Below are positions 26,460-37,322 of a stretch of DNA of 64,000 bases, in pieces. The notes under the pieces were generated by a model. It was given only the letters and a program-made list of their open reading frames with translations, ran no database searches and was not told the origin of the DNA. Source of the stretch: Antedon mediterranea (taxonomy: Eukaryota; Animalia; Echinodermata); assembly GCF_964355755.1 (NCBI RefSeq), contig NC_092671.1:7192001-7256000 (forward strand), written 5' to 3'. How positions within the stretch are numbered: the first letter of the stretch is position 1; the number at the start of each line of letters is the position of its first letter. The position numbers and the translations under genes are program-made.

Positions 26460-28080
26460 ATGAATTACCAACTTTATAGGACGACCACACTTGGTAACTG
26501 TCTTAATGAGAGCTTAGATGAATTAATACAGGTTAGTAAAATATTAAGCCTAGGCCTACCTAGGTCCTAGCCTAGGCCTAGGCGTTAATTAAGTACTACC
26601 TCACTCTTAGAGTGAAGTAGTTAGAAGTAGTGATAGACAATTGTTGCAGGACACTTTAAATCAACTTGATGATTGGTGTTTGATAAATAGAGTCCTCCCC
26701 AAGCCATCCAAGTGCAATGTGATGCGTATTTCCTTCCTAAAGTCCGACTGTCCTCCTCCCAGTTTCAATCTAAATGGCCATGATCTTAAATGTGTAAATC
26801 ACATTAAACTGCTTGGTGTCACCTTGCAGGATAACCTTAAATGGGAGATGCATATTCATGATATCGTTGCTAAAGCATGTCGACGTTTGTACACTTTGAT
26901 TATACTTAAGAAAGCCAAGGCGCCTTGTAAAGATTTACTACAAGTATATACTTGCTATATACGTCCTTTAGTTGAATATGCATGCCCTGTGTGGCACAGT
27001 TCAATTACGAAAGACCAAACTAAGTCAATAGAAAGAGTTCAAAAAAGAGCTCTACGAATCATTTATGGCATGAACTATGTATCCTACGAGTCTGCTCTTA
27101 AATTGTCAGACCTTCCATCGCTAGTTAACAGAAGAGTCCAACTCTTACTGAAATTTGGTAAAGGAATAATAAAGTCCGATACATTTAGAAGCATTCTTCC
27201 ACCTGTTCGTGACATTAGCAGAACCCTGAGGTCTGCGAGTAAGCCTCTACTCAAAATCCCGTTTGGTCGTACAGAAAGATTTAGATCTTCACCAGTCCCT
27301 TTTTTAGTCCGACTCATTAATGATGAATATTGAATAGGCTGGCACTATTTTAACTTACAGGTGGACCAATTTTAATGTTACCAAATTATTATTATTACTA
27401 GTTTTACCTTTTATACATAATGTATTTATATATTTTTATCAAATTTTGTAAAATACTACTTTTCAGCCTTTTGGCTGCCGTTGTATTTTGATGTCTTTTT
27501 ATGAATAAATATACCTAAATGAGTACTGTGTAGTAGTATAGTATAGTGGGCTAGACATACAGCTAATTAATAGTAAATACGACTATTCGGTCGCGCTTCA
27601 TTGTGATCCAACCCGTATCTTCGGTGGCGAAGAATGTTTTATAGAGATGTGGCCTCGAGGCTCACAAATATAAAAGACATTAATATCAACAAAATTGCTA
27701 GCTTAATTATATTATATATTTTTCATCTTTATTTCAGTCGCAGCATATTACACCACAGCTTGCTTTAACGGTACTTCAAAAATTTGATCGAGCAATTAAC
27801 ATTTCACTTGGCAATAAAACAAAGAGTAAAGTCAGTTTTAAGGTAAGTCTCAATATATATAAAACTGCTAAAAAATTCATATTTAATATTGGTAAAAATC
27901 TTTCTTTTTTCATTAACTTTTGTTTTCGTATTGTAGGGGCATTTGAATACATACCGCTTCTGTGATAATGTTTGGACATTCGTTCTTGATGACGTTGAGT
28001 TCAGAGAAGGCTCTGACTCTGTAAAAGTTGACAAAGTAAAAATAGTTGCTGTTGATGGGAAGAATGCACAAACAGAATAA
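26460..28080 (+). CDS. GTF2A2: Transcription initiation factor IIA gamma subunit
   Basis: Exons 26460-26531 ([24 protein letters not shown]), 27738-27842 ([24 protein letters not shown]...) and 27937-28080 ([17 protein letters not shown]...[12 protein letters not shown]). Confidence 0.97.
26598..27510 (+). mobile_element. 5'-truncated non-LTR retrotransposon (CR1/L2-group LINE) in GTF2A2 intron 1
   Basis: ORF 26641-27333 is an RT C-terminus ([42 protein letters not shown]). Truncated just after where YxDD would lie (..LTL/SEVV). 3' UTR stem-loop CAGCC-TTTT-GGCTG and AATAAA tail at ~27504. Confidence 0.9.
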
Positions 28081-28703
28081 TGACTCACTGTAACTCAAAA
28101 ACTGAACAGGCATTAACAATGTTTTAAAGTAAAACTCGGTAGCACAATTAGAAACAGAACCTTTGTGCAATGGTTTGAGTTTTATACAGTCTGTTAACTC
28201 GCAACTGAACCCTGAGAAAGAATTCTCAGTCCTGTGGTGGATGGAACAGTTACAAACAGGTTTTGTATAAGTGGTGCTGTACATTCTTTATCACAGAAAA
28301 TGGAGATTGGTTTCAATTCACACCGACTGTTTATTAGAATTTAACTAATTAATGTACTGTACTAGGTTTATGCAATTCTGTAAAGTGATTTATATTCTTT
28401 TGGCCATTTAAAAACAACTGGAAACCGATATAAATCGACCAACTTAATGGGACTAATTTGGCTGGCAGCCTATTGTCGCACTAATTCCTCTTTGCTGTAA
28501 ATGCTACAGTATCATGTATTCGATAAATAGTATACTAAATGAATTAGCAAGACATCTCATCATGAAAAAATTGTGGTTTATTGATAAATAAATACTATTT
28601 TACTATTATTACTGCACTGTATAATTCAAAAGTTGTTATTCCTAAATAAAAAGTGGCGTGGGAAGCCATCTGTATTGTAATATTTGATTGATATCTAAGG
28701 TCA

Positions 28704-29977
28704 TCAACTCTGACCCATGCTCTTCCAAAGTTCCATGAGGTTTTGAGAGCTTTCATCTTCTTCATCTTCCTCATCCTCCTCTTCTGAGAAGGCATCATCT
28801 TGCATCAATGATGATCCCAACTGAGACAATGGTAATCTATTTACAGCTAACTCCTTCTCAGCCAGTCGCTCACTTGAAGTCTAAAATAATACCTTGAATG
28901 TCAATATGTATATGAAAAATATTCATTTATCTAGCCCTCTGTAAAGTTTTGTATATGAAAAATATTCATTTATCTAGCCTTCTGTAAAGTTTTGTATACA
29001 TAAGTGGATAGGATAAAGGAGAAAGATACAATTTTCTTTAATATTTCAAAATGTGTTTCAGATGGTCAGTGATAACTACAATATTGTAACTATTGTATTG
29101 TACAGTCTGCCCAAAACCTTTGTTTGTAAATGAGTTACTTTACTTACTAAATCTGTCCGCTGTGGTAACTTGGTGTCATGGTAGTTTATGGAGGTGAAGC
29201 TTTCCTTCATAAACGAAAAAGAAAATAATTAAATCGCAACTAGTAGTTATATAAGTATTTTGTTTTTCTACTCTCTACTACTGTAATTTTGTGCAGTATT
29301 ACTCATAATTACCTGGGCTGTATTATCCTCTTCTGCAATTTCTAAACTTAAGGATTGTGAATCAGCGTTTTCTTCACGAATCAACCTTTTTAAGTACACC
29401 TCTTCTTCCTGCACCACATACATAGGTAAAAAAAAGAGATTGGTATAATGCTGTACAAACCTGAATTGCACAAATTGAGTTACAAAAATAAAGTAGTATT
29501 TTTTTAAAGCATAGTACAGTATCTACAGGGGGTTGGAAGGGGTATAGGCCTAGCTCTTGTACTTCCAAAATTGCAAATGATTTACTCCCTTCCTGGCTGG
29601 GTACGGTGGGCCCTAACTAATAATAGTAATAACTAATATACATTATTATGTGTAAATACAGTCAAATTAATTAATTGCCCACATAGAAACTGAATTAATT
29701 AACTCCTTCCTTTCCTAGCTGCGCACCACCTGGTGTGTAGCTTGCCGCCATCCATATAGGCGCGCGTGCGCCATGGCCTACCTACTGACTGAGTGTAGGC
29801 CTAGCCTAGTTACTACTCTAGCTAGCTAGGCCCTACCTAACCTAGCCTAGCCTCTACAAGCTAGGCCTAGGCTCTAATTAATCTTACCCGAAGCCGGATT
29901 AATTGGACGTTTAGTTTTTTTTCAATTGCTTCCATCATTTTTTCTTCTTCCTTCAATTCAGGTAGTTCTGTGAGCAT
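28704..29977 (-). CDS. SNAPC5: snRNA-activating protein complex subunit 5 (SNAP19)
   Basis: Exons 29977-29888, 29408-29313, 28880-28704. The N-terminal coiled coil MLTELPELKEEEKMMEAIEKKLNVQLIRLREEEVYLKRLI parallels human MLSRLQELRKEEETLLRLKAALHDQLNRLKVEELALQSMI; acidic C-terminal run present. Confidence 0.82.
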
Positions 29978-30133
29978 TTTTACGTTTAAATTTAGAAACA
30001 GATTTCTATCAATACAATCTACACACACACTATATACGCTCTAGCAGCAGTAGTCAATCATGCATGCAATTCAAAGCAACAATGTCACACACGCCCTCAA
30101 TTAATGAAGAAGTTGAGTGACACCAGCCTGTCA

Positions 30134-30720
30134 TTATTTACCTCCGCCGGGTATATGTAATAATCGATCGCGTGTGTTTGTCTGTTTGTTTGTTAGCAGG
30201 ATTACTAAAAAAGTAATTACAAGGTCTTTACCAAAATGAATGTACAGATAGATATGTGGTCAAGGACCATTGATGTAAATTTTGGGACCATTTTGGATCA
30301 CGTTCCCAATTCTGGACCACTTTTTATTATACTTTTCAGACCTGCTAGTGTTAAAAAGATAGGACAGAATTTTTCAAAAGCCGGCGAGCAGTCTTAAAGT
30401 AACAAGTAAACTCAAATTGAATTTTCTCGAGAACTACTTGTCCAAAAAACTTCATTTTGTACAAGAGGCAAGAGTTATAATTTGTGATTTGTAATTTTAA
30501 AACATAATTTGATTTAATGTGCACGTTTTTTGATGCGAGTAGTTTACAAAACCTATTTCTTTTCAAATTCACTCGTTTGATTTTTGCGTTGCTGTTCTAT
30601 TGTTAGTCAACTGAAGCTATTGTTAATTGAAAAGCTTGTTACATAACCATTACACCAAACTCGCATAAACATGCTTGTAGTGAATTAAAACAATGAAGTA
30701 ACCAAGTTTTCTGCTGTTAT

Positions 30721-30754
<34 letters not shown>

Positions 30755-30850
30755 ACACAAATATATATATTTTTTTTTTACCGGAGAAATCTTATGTAGG
30801 AGAATTTTACAGTAGGCGGAGGTATGCACTCTCGGAGTGGCTTTCTAGTT
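30134..30850 (+). mobile_element. Helentron-associated interspersed element (HINE/DINE-like), apparently complete
   Basis: 5' TTATTTACCTCCGCC, (GTTT/GTCT)n microsatellite, 3' sub-TIR GGCGGAGGT, hairpin CACTC-TCG-GAGTG and terminal TTTCTAGTT. A diverged end of the same type lies inverted at ~16901-16936. Confidence 0.75.
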
Positions 30851-31275
30851 ACATCTATTACCAAAAAAGAGAAAGTTTTGTCAAAATAAAGGTTTGTTTG
30901 TTTCAATTCATTTTATTGTTTGATATACATTAAAAAAGCATTTTACAAGAAGGAATTCAATATCTTATTTGACAGATAAGTGTGTGCGGGTAATAAGATA
31001 AATAAAATATTGTCTGATAGGGACATGAATAACATACATGATAGACAAGATGCAGGATTGACAATATTTGTATAAATTTGAATGAAGCGTTATTGATGAA
31101 TGAGGGTTAACACATGTCTATACTACCGTATACTACAAGTTGTAATCAAAATTAACTCTAAAATATGCGTTCTCAAATTGAAAGATGAATTAAACATTTT
31201 CAGATAATCGCAGTAACAACTTCCGAAAGTGTGTCTTTAGGTCAGGTAGCTTCATTATCTATAGCTACGCAGTAT

Positions 31276-32941
31276 TTACAGTAGTACTCTTCTCGAGACA
31301 GGCTTTAACTTTATACCAGTATCCTAAAGTATTTGGGTTTTTATAACCGTTAGGCCCTCCGTTGTGGATACGTGCAAAATCCTCGCATGTGGGATCGTGC
31401 TGAATACGGCTTTTTATTGCATACCGAGCCATGTACCCCTGAACACATCTTTCACTACAAGGAAACGTCTTTGTACAGTTTTTCCAATCTGAAAAAAAAA
31501 CATCGATACCGGTTCAAATGGGGGATGGGGTTGCGAAGGACCAAACAAGTGTAAGCCCTGTCTACACTAACAAACTAGTTTAACAAAAAAAGTTCCAAAA
31601 GTGCCCAAATATGGTAGTAATAATGTTTAAATATGGTGAGTGATATATCATCATGTCCATATATGAACACATTACATTTTTTTGCCACATCAAGTTTGAT
31701 AGTGTAGACCGTAGCTTTACGATGGGCCCTTTACGGTCTTTTTTTTTTTGTGGTACGTTTTCGCACTGCTGTTGCTATTTTCCTTGCATGTTTTTGTCTT
31801 CGAGATTTGGGTCCTACGATTTGGACCCACTCTTTGTCAATTGTTCACCTTTTACGGACAAAATTGGTTACCTTTATGCAAAACTTTACAGTAGAATAAT
31901 CAAATAGTCCAAACAACAATCACACGTAGAAAAAAAGTTTTTAAAATCTCCTTGATGAAAATAATTAGGCCTATTTTATATATATTAAAATACGTTTTTA
32001 CGCATAACGGATTACTTTTTATATCCTACCTCAAACAACATTTAGTACCGTTAAAATTACACTGAAATATTGGAGACAACTTATAATAATTACCATAGGT
32101 TAAAACAATCCGGGATCCAGGTCTAAACTTGAAACAATTTCATTTGGATCCTAATTATTGTTGATCCAATTAAGCCTGATCCAATTAGGTGGCTATACCA
32201 TATGTCGTACTCCGAACGGCCTAGGCCTATTGAATCAAAGAAAAAACCTCTTCCGCATACTGTTATGAAAATGCAGACTTACCTCCGTCTAGGTCCTTTC
32301 CCTTCAGTTTAGCATCGGTATAATAAGGTTCCTTAATTTGGTAAGGGCCACAAGACAACGAACCGACATCCATACTGCAAACTGGATTGGGCATTTGACA
32401 GTTTGATTCCACTAGGCAAATACACTTCATACAGTTATTCGGAACGGTTCCTACATACAAGATATAATTATAATGATATTAAATAATTTAACAATAGGCT
32501 ATACCTAAACACTTTTGCTGCTACAAATTTAGAAGATGTTACAACAGAACTTGCGTAATTCTTTTAAGAACTTACTTAAAAGTAAGTTCATCTATAGCTC
32601 AGTTCTGTGTGCGTTGATAATCGATGGATTTGAACAATTGGAATTAGACGTTTCGTCGGCCGTACAGTATAGGCTTTCCAGAACGCCCATATCAAAGTAC
32701 CCTGAGGCCTTGCATATCATACGATGTGGCAAGAGCAATATTCATCATACACTTATAAGTAATAAAACGTTCTTTCAGAATGGAAAACGGTCCATCGGAT
32801 AGCACATTTCATATAAGTATGTAGCCGTACAGTGACACGTCTGAACCATTTCTTACTTAGCCGATCTTACAAAAGTAATTTCAATTAATTAAGTAAGTCA
32901 CTTTCCAATAAGATCAAAACAATTAACGTTCGAAAATAATA

Positions 32942-33014
<73 letters not shown>

Positions 33015-33271
33015 GTCATATATAAATAGCTCTATTTCTATTAATTGTTCAATAATACAGCAGCTAGGTATGCTTGAATAGTAAAATCCAATCTTTGCTC
33101 GGGTCGCACCCTATAAGCAATAAAGAATAATCCTACAATTGAAATAAGGAAATCAATCAAAAGACACCGTTGATAAAAGATCTTACCGATTTTGTCTGGT
33201 TTGCTAGCAATTGTGTCTAACAGAACTATGGTACATATGGTAAGGTAAACAGGCTTCCACAGTCCAATCAT
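31276..33271 (-). CDS. Invertebrate-type (i-type, destabilase family) lysozyme, secreted
   Basis: Exons 33271-33187 (signal peptide MIGLWKPVYLTICTIVLLDTIAS), 32450-32283 (CMKCICLVESNC..CSMDVGSLSCGPYQIK) and 31488-31276 (DWKNCTKTFPCSERCVQGYMARYA..TCEDFARIHNGGPNG..YWYKVKACL). Catalytic Glu (ES) and Asp (MDVGS) retained. Confidence 0.95.
32943..33014. repeat. (TA)n microsatellite
   Basis: Long TA run in lysozyme intron 1; a shorter run lies at ~30726-30752. Confidence 0.95.
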
Positions 33272-35204
33272 CTTAACGCTGTGCAAATAAATTGTTGACG
33301 ACGAACATACAATAATAATACGGTATTCTAGCAGAACAGAAAATACGCTACTCCGCCTGTGCGCACTGTAAAGCAACTAAAGCAAAATTAAGACGAGTAC
33401 CGTATAATATCCCTCGGTTTAATCTGGGAAATTTTGGGGTTTCCCGTTTCTATTATGATGCACTGAGTAATATCTATTGTAAGTTCCGCATAACATTGTT
33501 TGATCAATAGCTTCATTTGAAATCAAAATTAACCATTTAACCTTTATTCGGCCTAATAATGAAATTATGTATGTCAGGTTCAACAAAAACAAATATGCTA
33601 TTGTAAGAACAATAGGATTCATAAGCTAGCTAACAAAGAACGGGTTTAAGGTGTTTATTTTTAGACGGGATATCAAGAGAACCACTAGGCTACAAGTAAT
33701 ATGAGCATTCCTTTCATTTCCTTAATTGTTTCTGGTTAATTGGCCTATGCTTCGCAATACCGAAAGCTGACTTGAATAAAGCCATATTAACCAATCAAGG
33801 AACTTAGATACTGTATTTCGTAATACCGAAAGCTGACTTTCGGGACTATTTCACTTAAGTCAACGGCGTTATGAAAAGAGCATGGAGCTATAACATTTTA
33901 TAGCTCCACGAAAAGAGGTAACGGTGGTTTGTGTTCCCACTCTACTGAGTAGAGGGTGAAGTTCACTGTATCGTTCCAGGACGACACCATTATCCGATAG
34001 GTGTGCAGGGGCCGGGTGTATTCTTTTCGTAAATGTGTTCCTCTCTTCGGAGAGAAAGCCTATTATCGTTTATCCAGATAACCAGGCACGAAATAGACTT
34101 AAGAATTTCTTTAAGTTGTTTTGTTCATTTAGATATGAAGAATGCTTAGAAGAGTGTTTTTCCTGAAGCTTGGTTCCCATTAGGACGCAACGCAAGGACT
34201 AAGCGCAATGTAAGAAATCTGACCAATCACGACGCAATGTATCCAAACTGTTGTTTGTGATTGATCAACTCACCAAGCTTTAGGCCATGTATGAATAGGG
34301 AATACGAATAGCAGGGCTCCTTGCTTGCTTAAAATATAGTACTGTACAGATAAGTTATGTCAGAAGACATTTTATTTCTACTTCTCATTCTCTTTATACA
34401 ACTACACTATCAGTTATTTGTAAAAAAATTAAAACATCATTTTTTTTTTTAATATAGAAATGCTGATGCTTCTAATAAAAACGCAAAATCATGTTAAAAG
34501 AAATTAAGATTTTTGTAACTTAAAGTGAAAATAAAATGAACATTACATTATAATATTTTGTATAAGATAAAAATGTAAAAAACCTCTTGTATAGTTGCAG
34601 TAATTTCATACATTTACATATACATTTTAGATGTAATAACGCAAGCTGATCCATTATTAATACTTTTGTTTGTAATTTTGTTTTTTATGATTAACTAGGT
34701 TAAAATTACAGTATAATCAAATTCTTTCTATTGGAATATTAACATGTTTTCTTTAGGAACTGCACATTGTCTGCCTCCAATCTGAATATCAAATAATTGT
34801 GATATTCTTAAGTTCTGTCTACACTATCAAACACAAACAATATATATTGACATGATGATGTCATCACTACCAAATTTAAGCATATCACTACCATATTTGG
34901 GTATATCCTTACCATATTTGGGCACATCACACTTTTTTGTCAAACTAGTTTGATAGTGTAGTCAGAGTTTAGATATCTTGGAATCATAATGTGGAGCTGT
35001 AATCCAGCATTGGCACAAATCTCAACCATAATCCAGCGTCTAAAATAAACAAATCTCTGCTGTTACAATGATGCCATCATTACCTTACATTGTGTAATGG
35101 CATAGTTTCTCATATCTAAACAAAAATGTTTTTTTACACATAAGCCTTTTAGCTCAAACATGGAACTTAATATTTACAAAGGTGTTAGTTTAAAAGTTCA
35201 AAGG

Positions 35205-37048
35205 TCATCCTTCTTGTTGTACAAATGGATTTGCTATAGGTTCCATTCCCTCTGCAGGGCATATGAGAACAACAGACGTGCCACGACACACCACCAGGCC
35301 AAGTATTCTAGTGTCTTCTGTTAATTTGTATGGATCATCAGGGTCTGTGGATTAAACAATTGGATTTTTATACATAAAACAGTAAATAAATGACAATCTA
35401 TTGAACCTATGAACCATTTAAAATGTGTGTACAAAATCTATGTGAATAATTTGTAGGGTTCCAGATTCTGGTGGAGCTATGATTACATAGATGATTTTAA
35501 TTAAAATTTAATTAAATGTATCCTACCTCTCAAAAATTCAGTAGCATCATCAAGTACCAAGTTTAAAAGTGGGTCATAACCTTTTAACAAACCACTTACT
35601 ATAAGAAAAATAGAACGAAATTGACAATTTTAACTATGAACGGTATGAAGTAATACATTAAAATTATCAATAAATAATACAGTTGCTTGCATTTAAAATT
35701 TCCGAAAAAGAAAAAAAGTATTTGAATGACATTTTGACAGAAAATGGTGGCGCCTCATGTGTAATACATATGCATGGTTCTCAAATACATTAAAGCAAGT
35801 ACCAAAGTATACTGAACCCTTCCAGTTTGTTTTAAATCAATGTTTTGTATGTAAATCATTTGAATTGTAATAACATTCAAAAGGTGATTTTTTTTTTAAT
35901 TTATTTATTTATTCATTTAGCATCCATTCAACAATACATTTAAAATGCATAACAAAGAAAAAATACAAACAATTGGAGTATTAAAATTGAATGAAACCAA
36001 AGTGAATGGATGCAAGGACGACCCATAAAATCAACAAGTCAATTTATTTCCAATGGGGCCCATTGCAAAAGAAATCGGAGATGTGAAAATGAATCATAAG
36101 AAGGACATATGGAAATGTGAAAGACATAATAAAAAATTACATATAAAAAATGTTAAAAAGGTAAAAAGTACAATTAAAAAGAATAAAAAGTGAAGAACAA
36201 AAATATCAAAAAACTGGAATCATATATCAAATGTGATCTTCAAACAAACTATTCATTATGACAATGTCATGGATGCAGTTAGTTTATTGTATCTATTTTA
36301 ACTTAGTTAGAGTGTAAACAAGTAGATTTTCAAGAACTAATAAACATGAACAAGAAAAAACAATGAAGATACCTTCTCTTCCTCCTTGAAACTTGACACG
36401 AATTGTTTTATCAATGAATTTGGATAGTTCTAAAATACTTTCCTTTTTTCTTCTTTCTTGTTGCTACACAGAACATAATTAAATGGTTAAAAATGCGATA
36501 AATTCTTTTGGAATTTATATTATAGAACAACAAAATAGTACTAGTAGTCTAACTTTCTTTTTTTTTTCTATAAATAAATTAATTATTTAAACTCATCAAT
36601 CAATATACTAGTATTATTACTATTATTATCAATGATGTGGTCAAAAACTGTACATGTATATAGGCCTAGTTATTTCAATTTTGTATAATAGTGCTGCCTG
36701 GTAAAAATACGTTTTTATCAAATTCTGGGCAATTTGAATAGTAGCAGTCCCTTTGTCTAGACTCAGCTAGGCCGCCTCCGTGCGTAGTTCGTACAACAAC
36801 GAACACCGGGCAAGGTGCGTATAGCTAGGCCAAACTGAACGGGCACATGTGTTGGATGGATATGCATGGCCTAACATTAAAATGAGCAAAGTATAACATT
36901 TAGTTGCTTTAGCATTAAAGAAGGAGAACTAATACAATATTCTATTATTTAAAATGTTAACTTAATTAATGTTGTACAGTAAAACGGTCTATGGATAAGT
37001 ATTTCAGTTTAAAATACAATTTTTAAATTTTTGTATACTCACCGCCAT
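35205..37048 (-). CDS. LSM7: U6 snRNA-associated Sm-like protein LSm7
   Basis: Exons 37048-37043 (MA), 36463-36373, 35598-35527, 35344-35205. Translation includes KKESILELSKFIDKTIRVKFQGGREVSGLLKGYDPLLNLVLDDATEFLRDPDDPYKLTEDTRILGLVVCRGTSVVLICP. Confidence 0.97.
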
Positions 37049-37322
37049 CATGAAATATTGACCACTTAAGTTACTCATTTAAATTAAACAGATGTTGAGC
37101 TCTAAAACAAAACTAACGGTATATGAAACTTCATACTAAAATATTATTTTTAATTAATTAATAATTTATTTATTCAATTTTATAGAAATAAAAACAGATT
37201 AAATAAAATATAAATTAAATAAATAATATTTATGCCCTCTAAGCTACAGTTAAAAGTCAAGCAGACCAAAAGAGGGCGACATTTATTTACTCTAAAAACT
37301 AAATTAACAAAAAATAAACAAA
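37049..37322. promoter_or_regulatory. Bidirectional promoter LSM7 / SPPL2
   Basis: Divergent ATGs 274 bp apart; contains a CTCF-like CCAAAAGAGGGCGACA at 37266-37281. Confidence 0.7.

Noticed and set aside
26596-26620. Hairpin CTACCTCACTC-TTA-GAGTGAAGTAG at the LINE 5' junction (possible twin-priming inversion)
   Set aside because: The left arm itself reads as RT sequence (LTL..SEVV), so the symmetry may be coincidental; no TSD was found.
35190-35207. Selenocysteine or readthrough at TGA stops (LSM7, SNAPC5, LYSMD)
   Set aside because: The stops give plausible full-length proteins and no SECIS-like element was recognised.
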